From Eledone cirrhosa (taxonomy: Eukaryota), in NCBI GenBank assembly GCA_964016885.1, contig OZ024743.1:307830001-307894000 (forward strand): a DNA stretch of 64,000 bases, written 5' to 3'. The notes beneath the pieces were generated by a model. That model was not told the origin of the DNA and searched no databases. It saw nothing but the letters and a program-made list of their open reading frames with translations. Each line of letters begins with the position of its first letter. The stretch's first letter is position 1. Both the position numbers and the translations under genes were made by a program. This document shows, one piece after another, positions 1 to 63,450 of the stretch.

Positions 1-1179
1 CTTTTGACTTGAAATTCATATTTCATATTGTTTTTGATATGTTTTGAATGAATATCACCTTGAAAAAGTTTGGAAATTGGTAAAAAAATAATTACATAAT
101 GGAGTTGTGTAACAAAAACTATATTTTAAATGACACTTAAAACATTTTAAACATCAAAATATTAAAATTTCATAAATATATTCTCCACTTGTGAATATTT
201 TGAAACTGCTCCTCTAAACATAATATGTTGTTTACCTGCCTTGGCTTATAAATGGGGTTCGGATTTTTGCCTATTTCTCAGATATAAGATAGGAGATCGG
301 CTTATATTCAGATTGGTTTATATTTGACTATATACAATAAGTTATTTCATTGGTTGGCTGCTAATAGGGGCTTTGAGAGAAAGTTTGCAAGGTAGAGCTA
401 GACTGATTTTAGGTCTTGGTGGGGGTGGGCAGTTGTGATTAACCTTCAGGTGAAACTTATATTGCAAGTAATTTCCACTTTTTGATACAAAATAAACTGA
501 GATGTGTATGTAGGTCATAGTGTTGAGGCTGAGATATATTGACATTTAGCATCCCCACCCTTGCTTCACCCACCCTCTTTCCTCATCCACACCCTTACTC
601 TCTTAATATGATGTTGCCCACACATAAAGAGGAGTATATTAGCCCTGTATGAACCTACCAGTCTTGTGGCTCCTCTTCTCCCTCTCTTCCACTACTTCTT
701 CCCCCACCCCCATCCTCACACTCAGCTGCCAATCACTGTCCTTTTAAGGCCACCTCTGTGACCTAGCACCTGTTCTCTTCTTTCTTCCTGGAGTGATGGT
801 TTTATCTGTAAGTAACATGTACTCATCACTTCCTCTACTATGTTCCCATCTCTCAACCCCTCTCTCATCATTCCCTCTCCCATCAACCTCTCACCCATCA
901 AACTCATTCCCTCTCCCAATCTGTCACTTCTTCCACCATGTTCTCATCTCTCCTTCACCCCATCCCTCACTCTCCCTGCCCAGTTGTGGATATCCCTTAG
1001 TCTTAATGTCATTCTGGAATGCACCCAGTGAATTCTGTAAAGTGGTCAGGCTGATGCCATAATAAAAAGCACTCAGCCTACTCTGTAAAGTAGTGCTTTT
1101 GGTAGGCATCAAACTTCTTAACCACACAGCCATGCCTTCAACTAATGTGTGTCCGATATCAAATATATATTATTGTATT

Positions 1180-1366
1180 GGCGGTGGATTGGCAGTATCA
1201 GTAGAGGGTCAGACACCATGCTTTACAGCATAGACTTATGCCCCTTTACAGTTTGAGTTCAAATCCCACTGAGGTTACCTTTGCCTTTCATCCTTACGGG
1301 GTCGATAAAATAAAGTACCAGTAATGCACTGGGTAACTGCTGGCCTTGTGCCAAAAATAGAAACAA
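1180..1366 (+). mobile_element. tRNA-derived SINE family 1 (about 190 bp)
   Basis: A box tggcagtatcag, B box gagttcaaatcc, central gcctttcatccttacggggtcgataaaataaagtacc; 12-bp TSD attattgtattg. Confidence 0.9.
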
Positions 1367-1475
1367 TTATTGTATTGTATGTTTATAATTCTTCATTTGT
1401 TTAGTGAATTATATTTTGTAGTTTACGTAGTGAATTATATTTTGTAGATTATGTGTGGTGAATTATATTTTGTAG

Positions 1476-50854
<49,379 letters not shown>

Positions 50855-51139
50855 AGTGGACATCAAAGAGAGTAGAACGAATTCTCACTGATAAAAGAAA
50901 TCAAAACCAACAAAGGAACAAACAGAAAAAAAAGATACACAAAACCATCCAAATATTTTTTATTGATTCTTGAATTCCATAAACTACTGGGATTTCTGCC
51001 ACTTTCCATTTCTGTCTGTAATTATATTATAATATATATTATGTATTTGTACATAAATCAGTTTTGTGTAACATGCTTCCAAATAAACTGCTCATATTTG
51101 CATATCATATCATATCATATCATTATATATATGTATGTA

Positions 51140-51186
<47 letters not shown>

Positions 51187-51679
51187 GTATTGGCTACCTA
51201 TATAAGAAAGAGAGCTTCATACATAAGTAAAGTATCTATTTTGATATATATATATATATATAATATATGCATGTGTGTATATATATATAATATATAGACA
51301 TATATATGTGTGTGTATATACACACATAGCCATAGTGCTCATAATGGAAGCACATTTTACATTTGAGCATTAACTGTTAACTGCATTACCTGTGTGTGGA
51401 AATTTTTACCTTGATACACCTGAAAGTGTGGTGTGCAAAATATATAATTAGAAAAAAAACTGGCTTCCATGTTGCCTTCCATCTTAAGTTCTGCGTCCAC
51501 AGCACATGCGCGCGCGCACACACACACACATGCACACATACATATATACATATACATAAAGTGTGCGGGTTTGAGTCTGTATGGAAGTGAGTGTGTGTAT
51601 GTGTGTGCATGCATGTATTAATGCACATATAATAGAAGATATCATTATGCACAAAAACTTTTTTTTAAACTAAAGTTTT

Positions 51680-51685
51680 AATAAA
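51680..51685 (+). promoter_or_regulatory. Candidate ATG2 poly(A) signal AATAAA (a second candidate at 51082-51087)
   Basis: AATAAA followed by a T-rich tract about 0.8 kb after the stop; the hexamer is common in AT-rich DNA. Confidence 0.35.
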
Positions 51686-51821
51686 ATCTTAAAGAAAAAT
51701 TTATTCTTATAAAGTCTATCTTGTATTTTAATATATTTTTATATTGTCTTTCCCCATTTTAGTTTATATGAAGCATTATGACACATGTAAGAATTGTTTG
51801 GGGCAAGCCAGCACAATGCAA

Positions 51822-52030
51822 GTTGGATGCTGTTCCTAATGCTAACCACTTTACAGAGTGTACTGGGTGCATGTTAGAAATGTTGGCATGGTTAGTACAT
51901 CTGGATGCCATTCCTAATGTTAACCACTTTACAGAGTGTACTGGGTGCATGTTAGAAATGTTGGCATGTTTTCTACATCTGGATGTCATTCCTAATGCCA
52001 ACCACTTTACAGAGTGTACTGGGTGCATTT
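51822..52030. repeat. 78-bp tandem repeat of the ggatgcc.ttcctaatgccaaccactttacag module
   Basis: About 2.7 copies; the reverse-complement module is repeated three times (about 60 bp) at 60590-60772. Confidence 0.85.
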
Positions 52031-53006
52031 TATCATGGTACCAGCTTCATCATCATCATCGTAACATGGGTAGGATGGGCTGACCCTTTGGGAGAGAATC
52101 AGGTCAGAGGACCGTGTTTCACTCACCTGGGGCTGATTTTGGCTGGGTTTCTACTGCTGGATGCCCTTCCTAATGCCAACCACATTTACAGTGTGTGCTA
52201 GGTGCTTTTTGTGTCACCTACACGACCACTTTACAGTGTGGACTGAGTGCTTTTTGTCGAGACTCCTACATGACCACATTACAGTGAGGGGTTGGGCACT
52301 TTTGTCGTAGCTCCAGGAGGGGCCACTTCATGGTGTGGGATGGGAACTAGGGAAGGTGGGGGCGAGAAGCCTGGGGAAATTGAGGACGTCGGTAATAGGG
52401 GAGGGACAGTTACAGCAAAGTGAGGTGAACGAAAGGGGAGATGGTAGGGGGGGGGGGTGTTGCCTATCACTTTACAGTGTGTATCTGGGGAAATGTTATC
52501 CCAGCATATGCACTACCACTGTACAGACTGCACAGGGTGCATTTTATTGTGACACCAGCACTAAAGAGGTTGTATTGAGAACATTTTATCATGGCAGCAA
52601 TACTGCCTCTTTATAGAGTGTACTGTGTGTATTTTAATGTGACACCAGCACTAGAGTGGTTGTCATATGTTCAGTCAGAATGAAGAATCCTCTCTCCTTT
52701 ATATTTTTCCATATGATTGCCTTACAAGTAAACAAAATAAAAGCCCTGTTTATGCTTTTACCATATATTTTGTAATATTTCAGAGCTATATACCTTTATC
52801 AAAAGTAAATACAGTTTTATGGGGATAATTCTAGTTATTGTCTTTAGTATAGCTAATCATTAATAGCTGAAAGGTTTAAAGCTATTTTTGCACTCTCTCA
52901 GCAAGTATAAAATGAACCTGTCGGTGGTCACAAATTTCAGAATTCTTTGAATCCTTATCCTTTCTGAGGGGTCGTTTTGAGAAATGTAATGTAGTTCATT
53001 CCATTT

Positions 53007-56000
53007 TCTTGTCTCTCCATGTTTTCCTCGGTCCATTTACTTAGAATCCAATCTTTTCAATTTTATTCGATAATTCTGTCAGACCCTCAAAAACAGTCTC
53101 GTATTTAAACTCTGGTTACTGTTATACGTTCGTTTAATAACCTTCTCGTATTTAAACACTGATTACTGTTATACGTTTGTTGAAATTATGGTCGAATTTG
53201 TAGGTTTAGATTATAAAAATAACCTCCTCATTAACTTCCCCATATCCCTTCCCCCACCCCACTCGCCACCATTATTGTATGGTCCAATCATAATTCAGCG
53301 GTTTTAATATGTTTCTCTTACCAATCTCTTTCACAAAACTGCCACCTCAGCTATCACTCCTTAAGTTTAGACCTAGTTGGTTTTGATATGCTAGATGGAC
53401 TATAGAATTCTGGAGAGTCTGAAGAATCTGGACACTCAAATGACAATGTCAAAGATAAAGATAAATTCACCTCATGTTGCCGGACGAGAATGCAAGGACT
53501 CCTCTTTATTTTGGCCACGGATGGCTAACATAACCCCATCTCCCTCACCCCTCCCTGTGCCGCCAACCCATCCTTCTCACCCACCCAACGCAATCCAAAA
53601 CTTCAGAGTTGGTCCCATGAATGTAGGCACTTTAAAAGGTCGCTCTAACGAGGTTGTAGAGATGCTTGAATGTAAGGAAGTTGATGTTTGTTGCGTTCAA
53701 GAGACTAGGTGGGGAGGTGGGTCTGCTAGATTCATTGTGGGTAAAAAAACAATGTTATAAACTTTTCTGGGTGGGAAATGAAAATGGGCTGGGTGGAGTA
53801 GGAATTATGTTAGCAGAAAAATGGGTAGATAAGATAATTGATGTAAATAGAGTGAATGACAGAATAATCAGAATGTCCTAAATAGAACTACTGTGACAAT
53901 AATATCCGCTTACGCACCCCAATCTGGACTGCCTGGCATTATAAAAGACTATATAATTATTGCTGGCGACCTAAATGATCATGTTGGACAACATTGTGAT
54001 GGTTATGATGGAATCCATGGAGGCTACGGGTTTGGTACCAGAAATGAGGAAGGATTCAGAATCCTGGAATACTGTGACACTAATAACCTAACTATCTGTA
54101 ATACAAACTTCAAAAAACGAGACAATCACTTGATCACCTATAGATCAGGGGAACATGCCAGTCAGATAGATTATATCTTTACCAGAAAACGTGACAAAGT
54201 GTCTGTTGTAAACACTAAATCTCTCCCCCGTGAAGAATGCACCTCCCAACATAGCCTCATAGTTAGTGACATCATAGTCAGGACGAGATGTACTCGACAA
54301 CAAAAGGGGACTACCCTGAGAAGAAGAATATGGAAGTAAAAGGACTCCACAGCCAGTAACAAATTTAAAAGCATATTACTTGATGCCTTTGACAATAAGG
54401 AAGAGTAATTAAAGATGTACAGTATAGAGGAACAGTGGGAATTCCTGAAAGTTAACCTGCTGAAGGCGACAGATGAAATCTTAGGCTGGAGCAGAGTAAC
54501 ATGGTGGTGGAACAGTAAGGTGGAGGAGTCAATCAAGGCCAAAAAGCAAGCTTGGAAAGTATGGGGGAAGTAGAGAACACTATCAAGTGGCCAGGAGGAA
54601 GCTAGGAGACAAGTGTACTTTGCAAGAAGGGAAGCAGAGGAAAGAAAGTTCAAGCATGCTTACAACGTGAGGTGTTCAGGATTGCTAGACATTGTGTCAA
54701 GGAAAACCGTGATATTGTCAGGGAGAAATGTGTCCGTAATGATGATGGTATACTTGCCATCACTGATGCTGATAAGAAGGTAGCTTGGAAGTGTCCCTAC
54801 GAGAGGCTACTAAATGAGGAGAATAAGTGGGAAAAAGATAGTCTGCCCCAAATCAATCCAATAGAGGGACCAGCAGAGCAAGTTGAAGGTAGTATAATAA
54901 GTAAGGTAGTCAAAGATATGAAGACAGGCAAAGCAGCTGGGCCTTCGAAGATAGTTGCTGAAATGCTGAAAGCATTTGGATCAGTGGGACACACTATGGT
55001 CTCCCGGATAGTAAACTAAGTCATACAGAATGAGGTTATACCAAATGACTGGCGTAGCAGCATCACCGTTAACTGCTACAAGGGTAAAGGAGATGCTCTA
55101 GATAGGGGAAACTATAGAGGCATTAAATTAACTGACCAGATCATTAAGGTCACAGAAAGAGTTATAGTGCAACTAATCTGAGTGCGAATTGATCTAGATG
55201 AAATGCAGTTTGGGTTTTTGTCAGGTAAAAGTACCACAGACGCTCTTTTCCTTGTACGACAACTACAAGAGAAGTACCTAGCTAAAAGTAAACCCCTATA
55301 CTTAGCTTTTATTGACTTGCAGAAAGCCTTTGACAGAGTCCCCTGCTCTATTATCTGGTGGGCTCTTAGAAAACTAGGTGTTGATGAATGGCTTGTGAGA
55401 ACTGTACAAGCCATGTATAAAGAAACAGTCAGCAAGGTTAGAATTAACAACGAATATAGTGAAGAATTTAGCGTAAAAGTTGGCGTTCATCAGGGCTGTC
55501 CATAGCCCCCTACTATTTATTATTGCCCTTCAGGCTATAACAGAGGAGTTCAAGACTGGCTGCCCATGGGAACTTCTATATGCAGATGATCTAACACTCA
55601 TAGCTGAATCTATGGCTGAACGAGAGAAGAAATTCCAAACATGGAAGCATGGCCTAGAATCAAAAGGCCTTAAAGTTAACTTGTCTAAGACTAAAGTTCT
55701 AGTATGTAGGAAGGAAAATAGGGCACTGGTCCTCTCTGGGAAATGGCCATGTTCAGTGTGTAGGAAAGGACTACGCAGAAACTCCATTTTATGTCCCAAA
55801 TGCAAAGTATGGGTGCATAAAAGATGTAGTGGGATCACAGGTAAACTATCTAAGAACGTAGATTTTATATATGGGCGGTGCTCAGGTGCAATAAGTAGCA
55901 AGTGCCCACAGGATACTAGCTCCTCCTATTGCCCAGATGATTCTACAGAAATAGTGGACACTTTCCGTTACCTGGGTGACAAAATCAGCAGTGGTGGAGG

Positions 56001-56909
56001 GTGCTCTGAAAGTACAGTAGCCAGAGTCAGAACGGGATGGAAAAAGTTCAGAGAGCTTATACCACTATTGGCCGCTAAAAGTTTCTCTCTAAAAATGAAA
56101 GGCAGATTGTATGATGCCTGCATACGAACAACAATGCTACATGGCAGTGAGACATGGGCATTGTGTGCAGAGGATCTGCGCAGACTGGAGAGGAACAAAG
56201 TATCCATGCTCCGTTGGATGTGTAATAGTAATATACATGAACGGCAAAGCATAAATGAACTAAGTGAGAAATTAGGAATAAGAGGGATCAGATGCTGTTT
56301 ACTCGAGAGAAGACTACATTGGTATGGCCACGTGATGCGCATTTAATATGACAGCTGTATAAAAAGTGCAGGACGATCAAAATAGATGGAAGCTACGGAG
56401 TAGGCAGACCCAGAAAAACCTGGGACGATTTGATAAATTCCGACCTCACACACTTACACCTCTCCAAGACAATGTCACTGGACCGAGATCTTTGGCACTA
56501 CGCAGTAATACAGAAGACTCACCTTGCCTAAGTACAAAGCGAAACCTACAGTCAGTAGGCACCTCTTAACCAAAAATATACGCCCATCCCACTACTCCTA
56601 CTCCCACCCCCATCTACACCACCCCTTTCTCTGTAAAGTTATGTTGGTACAACATCCAGTCCTAAATAAATGAGGTCGTGTCGGTGTCATAACAAAAAAA
56701 CACACAATCCACGCTGTAATGTGGCCATGTAGGTAACACGGTAAAAACCTCCCAGTCCACACTGTAAACGTGGTTGAAGGGCATCCAGACGTAGAAAACC
56801 TGCCAGACAGTCCTATACAAGCAAGACAACCGATCTTGCCTCAAGTGGGACAATTCCCGTCTAAACCCATGCTAGCGTGGAAGATAGACAATGATGATGA
56901 TGATGATGA
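53007..56909 (+). mobile_element. Near full-length decayed RTE LINE (family B)
   Basis: Colinear with 35777-39684; many stops and frameshifts; (GAT)n tail. Confidence 0.93.
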
Positions 56910-58264
56910 AAGTGCATCTAGATATAAGAAACGTAGGTTGTGCAAAGGGCAATAACTCTAACTATTACTTTACTCCCTTGAAAATAAAGTAAACTGGTTA
57001 CATCATCGATTTTAAATTGGCATTCCATGGGTTGCCATGGGTTGGATAAGACTTCTTGAAGCAGTTTCTGCTGACAACTCACACTTTATTTATAATTATG
57101 TTATATACTACGTGTTTACATTAAACTGTTTAAATTGCAGGACGTATTGTTTATGATGAACGTAAACAAATATCACCACATGCTTTAATATGAAGACACA
57201 CACACAGGCAATAATTACTAAAACGCCAAGAGAGTGTGGGTTATGAATAAATAAAAATATGGAGGTACATATATGACTGTGTGGTTAAAAAGTGTGCTTG
57301 GCAACCCCATTGTCTTGGATTCAATCTTATTGCATAGTACCCTGAACCAGTATCTAGGATTTACTTCATGGATTTACTACTACTACTACTAATAATAATA
57401 ATAATAATAATACTGCTACTACTACTACTTCCACTTCAAAATGCCCTTCCTCTTCACTCTATTGACCACATCACCACATCCCTCTCTATACATGATCAGC
57501 CATCCCTTTCCCTTATTGCCCTGTCAAATCACCTCATACACATATAACTTCATACTTACCTCCCTTTTCTACTCCGCACTCCCCAGAGCAGAGAGCGCTC
57601 TCCAGTTGGGTCTATGACCAACAATCTCTCTTGTAACGGTGACACAAAAATGTACCCAGTACACCCCATAAGGTTGGTTGGCAACAGGAGAGGCACCTGC
57701 TATAGAAACCATGCCTAAAAGGGTTGAAACGACTCTCCAGTTATGTCAAAGACATGTCAACTTCCCTAGTGTTGGGGATCTGCATGATAAAAGACCCCGT
57801 ACATGCTGTAAAGTGGTTGGTGATAGGAAGGGCATAAAACTATAGAAAGCTTACCAAAGAAAAGGTTGGGAGGACATCTCTCTAAGAGAAGGTCACTCAT
57901 GTAAAACGTGCAGCTTTGTTTACATCCATTGATGTTGACCAGTTCTACTTTTTGGGTTTCAGAGAGTGGGATTGGCTCTGTGCAAATCCTTTCCTCACTT
58001 AAAAAAGCTTCAAGCACAGGCATCACTTGATATGTGACTACTTTTGAATTGCATGGCATGGCTGGCCTTGGGTTGTGGAATGATTAGTGAAAGGGTTTGG
58101 CCTAGCAGGTGTCTCAGGGCACTGCAGCCTGAGCCTGGTCATTGCCTTGCTACTGTGAGTCCCTAGCAGAACTAAATAAGCCACGTCTGTACTGCTGATA
58201 CTTAAGGAACAAGTGATAGTATTACTCGGAATCGAATTGCAGCCATCATATATATATGTTCATG

Positions 58265-58317
<53 letters not shown>

Positions 58318-58459
58318 ATTTATTGACCTGGTCAGACCACTTCACTATGTTTCTTGCCTTCAATATTAATTCCAGGGTGATGCACAAACTAATCATAATC
58401 ATATCATTGTTTTTACGTCCATTTTCCCATGCTTGCCTGAATTGGACCATTAACTTGTA

Positions 58460-58637
58460 TGGCAGTATCGGTAGTGGGTCAGAAGCCATGCTTTCCAGCA
58501 TAGTTACGTCCCTTTACGATCTGAGTTCAAATCCCACCGAGGTTGACTTTGCCTTTCATCCTTACGGGGTCGATAAAATAAAGTACCAGTAATGCACTGG
58601 GATAATTGCTGGCCTTGTGCCTAAAGTAGAAACAATT
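58460..58637 (+). mobile_element. SINE family 1
   Basis: Near-identical to 12579-12760. Confidence 0.9.
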
Positions 58638-58979
58638 AATTTTTTTATTCTTACAGTTACCTATTCAAATTTGTGTGATACATTCATTTATTGTAATTTT
58701 TCTGTCCCATATTGGTATGTAGATATTTTATCTTGTCTTTTTATGTCCAATCTCTGTCATGTTTTCATGCTGAATAGCTATATTCCTTTAGATACCAACT
58801 AAATTTATTGTTGATATAACTATAAATTGGTTAAACATACAGAAAAAGAAAGCAGTATTGGAAAGGGCTATAAATGCCATAAATGAGAGGAAAAGGAGGG
58901 AAGAGCAAGGACTACTAGACAAAAGAAGAAATAAAGAGGGTTGAGGAGAGGGTGATAGACTATACACCTGGTCAGAGCA

Positions 58980-59880
58980 GTGTTTCTGCTGTGCCCCATG
59001 GACAAAATAGCAAAGGCATTTCTGCGGACAATGGCCAGCGACACCCATCCCACCTCATGGAGCTCCTTCTTCAGATGGGCTGCTATTGACTCAATTTTTT
59101 TGAGGAGGTCAGCTGTCTGGGGTCCAAAGATGCTGGGGGTCTTTATGGCAACCAATGCTAAGAGGAAGTGACTGGACAAGCTCCAGTATTTACTTGTCTT
59201 CCTATCCTCTGCATTCGAGCTGCGGTAGTGGGGTTTGTGGCCAAGGTGATTAAGTTGGAGGTGGAGAATGTGTCACAGCATGTTGCATCCCAGATGAGGG
59301 ATTTATCTCCTTTGAAAGGGAAGAGGGTAATTTCATCAGAGCACTTGCCGTTGCCACAGTCAAGGCCTACTGGATCCATTGTGACAGAAAACCGGCTGCA
59401 TCGAGGCTCCTTCTCAGTATGTTGTTGAGAGCAGCATGTCAGGGGAACTGGCCTGCAATCTGGCAGTATGATAATGGGTGCAGGCCGAACTCATCAATGA
59501 CAGCTCCACAATGGCATTTATGTGAGAGCTGTGATTGATTGGAGCAATGTGCTCCTGCCTCAGCAGTATTTGGTGAGATAAGGTCTCTGAGGTTTCTGGG
59601 ACACAGACTGGCCACTCCACCACTGCTGCTCCCTGGGAAAGATCTCAGGGCAGCTAATACTTCTTCACTAGATGCGGCCAAGGAAAGGGTATTGGCCAGG
59701 GCTTGGCTGACCCTGATGTCGGCTGGGGGGTCTGATTGTATATGGTGGAGCACTTCAAGGATATCCAGTGTGGGCCGGAGTACAGTGTCACTCAAGGCCA
59801 GCACACGTACTGCATTGAAAACAGCACCCTTAATTAGTTTGATGTTGACTCTGTCGCGGAGATGTTTCATGCAGTTGGAA
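58980..59880 (-). mobile_element. CRE-type non-LTR element with restriction-like endonuclease; RT internally deleted
   Basis: SFPGSSSGG pre-RT motif joined to a CHCG..D..G.H zinc knuckle, then LIWDATCCDT, FGP and SLAIVRRNAFAIL. Confidence 0.78.
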
Positions 59881-60291
59881 TAGATACTATTGATGCACTG
59901 GTGGTGAATAGTCCTGTCTTTGGAAGCAGCTAAAACTATAATGATCCACAGAAGACAGCCAATGAATGGGAATTATCCATGTGTTTGTTTCTTCCTGTGT
60001 ATGTTCCACATTTAAAAAAATGATATATGCATATGTGAAGGTGCATGGCTTAGTGGTTAGAGCATTGGGTTTACAATCATCAGGGTCTGAGTTTGATTCC
60101 CAGACCGGGCAGTGTGTTGTGTCCTTGAGCAAGACACTTTACTTCATGTTGCTCTAGTTTTACTCAACTGTAGAAATAAGTTGCTGCCATCTTCTGTTTA
60201 TTACATCATCTTGTTAAATATATATATGTATATATATAAATATATATATAAATATATATATAGAAGTGGTTACACAACAGTTAGTTCACCA

Positions 60292-60335
60292 TACCGAGAA
60301 CAATTGTTTCACCTTAGTGGATCTTCAGCTCGTAA
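60292..60335 (-). ncRNA. Minimal type I hammerhead motif (left arm of palindrome)
   Basis: Same as the right arm but with CUGAAGA. Confidence 0.75.
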
Positions 60336-60337
60336 TC

Positions 60338-60381
60338 TTACGAGCTGAGGATCCACTAAGGTGAAACAATTGTTCTCGGTA
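60338..60381 (+). ncRNA. Minimal type I hammerhead motif (right arm of palindrome)
   Basis: CGAG-CUGAGGA-UCC-ACUAA-GGU-GAAA-C-AAUU-GUU|CUCG; AACAAUUGUU palindrome. Confidence 0.75.
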
Positions 60382-61108
60382 TGGTGAACTAACTGTTGTG
60401 TAACCACTTCTACCTAACTCGTCCCATGGACTGAGTGCTCTACCACTATATATATATATATATATATAAAATATATATATATATATATGCTGATCTTATG
60501 AAGAAACTAAAGAGAAAATTTAAGCAGATCATTTTATACTATATATGTGTGTGTGAACCATGTAAGATAATAGTGCTAGAGTCACAATAAAATACTCCCA
60601 GTATATTCTGTTAAGTGGTTGGTGTTAGGAACGGCATCCAGACATAGAAACCATACTCCCAGTACACGCTGTAAAGTGATTGTTAGGAATGGCATCCAGC
60701 CATAAAGACCATACACCCAGTACATGCTGTAAAGTGGCTGGTGTTAGGAAGGACATCCAGCCATAGAAACCAAGCCAAAAAACAACGTAAGAGCAAGACG
60801 TACTCACCTGTATGGCCTCAGTACATGACATTCCGTCTAACCAGTACAAGCATGGAAAACAGACGTTAACCAGTGATGATGTTGATGATGATGATGAAGA
60901 TATATATATATATATATATGTCCATCAGGACATGCCTTTACATCATTGTATTTCATCTGTGAGACAGTATATCAAATTCATCTCATATATAATAAATGAA
61001 CTTCATTATCCAGTTCTCTTCTGCTATATTTGTGTATAGAAATAAAATATGAACCAGTGATTCACAAACTATGGAGAACTCTTTAAAACAAAGCTGGATG
61101 TTATCTAA

Positions 61109-61540
61109 GGGTTGTGGATTGGCAGTATCGGAAGAGGGTCGGCCACCATGCTTTGACGCATAGAGTTATGGCCCTTGCCATTCTGAGTTCAAATCCCGCC
61201 GATGTTAACTTTGCCTTTCATCCTTATGGAGTCGATAAAATAAAGTACCAGTAATGTACTGGGTAATTGCTGGCCTTGTGCCAAAACTAGAAACAATTAT
61301 TTTCTCTATTTTAGGAGGGTAGGGGGTTGGCAGTAATCAGTAGAGCGTCGGGCACCATGCTTTGCAGCATATATTCATGGCCCTTTATGTTCTGAGTTGA
61401 AATCCCTCCGAGGTTAGCTTTGTCATTCATCCTTACAATGTGGATAAAATAATGTACCAGTAACACACTGGGGTGATTTAATCCATTTCCCTCCTCCCTT
61501 CAAATTGCTGACCTTGTGACACTAGTACAAATCATTATTT
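61109..61540 (+). mobile_element. Two tandem SINE family 1 or related copies
   Basis: 61109-61300 and 61321-61540, each ending attattttctctatttta. Confidence 0.85.
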
Positions 61541-61650
61541 TCTCTATTTTAATATTTGTATGAAGCTTGATTGTCAGGATAAGAATGAGAAAATGGCTTC
61601 GTTGTTCCTTTATTTTACGTAATGATAAATGTAATGAATATGAGCTTTAA

Positions 61651-61857
61651 CCCTTTAGTATTTAAACCCGCCATATCTGGTCAGAATTCTCTCATCTTTC
61701 TCTGTTTAAACTGGCCATAACTGGCTGCTCATACCTACGTTAAGGTATTGTTCTGAAAATAAATTATATCAAAATCTCATAGATTCAATATTATATTAGA
61801 TAACCCTTTACTACAAAGATACAATAGTAAATATAGAGTAATGTAAATGCTAAAGGG
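61651..61857. mobile_element. piggyBac-type MITE family 1 (207 bp); inverted copies at 3275-3487 and 9709-9900
   Basis: TTAA|CCCTTTAGTATTTA ... TAAATGCTAAAGGG|TTAA. Confidence 0.85.
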
Positions 61858-63450
61858 TTAAGGCAGTTCTGAATATATAGATATCTACCAGATTTTAACA
61901 AAAACTGTTCTAGTTGTTTAATCAACAGTGGACAACTAGTGGAATTAGCATATAAGTGGCTGAGTATTCCACAGACATGTGTACTCTTCATGCAATTCTC
62001 AGTGATTCAGGGAATTCCAAGTACAGTTCATTTGATAGTGTTCTAAATCATTTCCATCTAATTACACTGACAAGGATTATGTCAACCGAAGGATATGGTA
62101 AAGACACTTGCTCAAGGTGGCACAGTTGTGTTGAGGTAAGATAAAAGTGACTGGGTGAGAGGAGGGAAGGAAATGAATGTAGAATAAAGTAGAAGGGGAA
62201 GGCTAAGAAAGTCATGGCTAAAGATGATGGAGGGAGAAATGAAAGCTTCAGGTTAATTAGAGGTGATACAAATGATAGGGCAAAATAAAGAAGCATGTGA
62301 TGTGGTCTACAATATTAACCTTGCTTTAGCAGAGAAATGGACTTAAAATACTTGTTGTTTTAGATATAATGTAATTCTGAAGTTCTTTAGTTTAAAATAA
62401 CAAGAAAACCAAGTTTGTAAACTTCTAATACAATACAATGCAAAATCAGAAAAATGGCCACCCACCTAAGGAATGAGCTCAATGGGGTGAAATGGCTGTT
62501 GCAGCAGATGTCACTAGCCGTTTTCTGTGGCAATGCCTTCACTATTATATCTGCAGGACACAACTGAATGATATAGCTCTGACTAGGATGTAGAGTATGT
62601 TGTCCCTCTCCCTCATCCCTTCCTTTTGTTTAATTTCTTCTTTCCTTTTTCTTCTATTCTTCATTTCCTTATTGCTTTATAGAAATTTCCTAGAAATAAA
62701 GATGATTCAACCTCCTTTTCTATAAAAACAAAATACTATGCTTATATAAATAAACAAGAAAACCAAGTTTGTGAACCTCTTCTAGCCAGGATAATGCTAT
62801 ATTTATTGATAGAGTTTAAGTTCAATCAACAAGATCTCAGACCTCATTCACTTACTGGGTGGAATGGGACTCGTCAAATTAAACCAAGGAAACAATGTTT
62901 CCATTGGTCTTTCCATTGCTGATACTATCTACCAGTCACAACTCCTGGAAGAAAGAATTATTGATGTAACACAGTATCTTATATAAAGGTAAGATTATTT
63001 AAGTTTTCCATGGATCAGCAACTTAACATCTCATACTCTACACAGTTATAAAACTTCACATAATAGACTGAAACTAATAGGATTGTTTTAATCAGTCCTA
63101 TCAGCACCTCAAAAAACTACTTAACCATTCTGTTGCCAAAGAAAGAGTTGGGAGGACACTTAAGTTGACAATCTCCCATGTGTACTTGGTAGAACTTGAG
63201 ACTGTAGATAAGCGAGACAGATCCCTAGCCTTTCTAGGTCAGTAGCTCCACTTGCTACTGACTTGGTCTATGTAGACCAGTCCAACCCTTGCAAACATGA
63301 AAAGCAGACATTAAAGCGATGACGATGGTGATGATTTCTATTGAAAAACAGTGTCTATAGTTTTCAAATAATTTTGAAAATACTGAACAATTTGAAGGGA
63401 CTTAGTAATATAACTATCTTCTCATTATTTAGCTGTCTTTAAAACATAAC

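Larger units (their letters stand above)
60261..60412. repeat. 152-bp palindrome (75-bp arms, 1 mismatch, 2-nt spacer), Penelope-like inverted pLTR remnant
   Basis: Arms checked base by base; (TA)n on both sides; each arm holds a hammerhead core. Confidence 0.9.

Noticed and set aside
57766-58059. 97-aa minus ORF as a host gene
   Set aside because: No recognisable domain or clear splice sites; 3' part runs into repeat sequence
62467-62551. Possible minus-strand exon (cag...gtggg; IIVKALPQKTASDICCNSHFTPLSSFL)
   Set aside because: Weak pyrimidine tract, no partner exons and no recognisable homology
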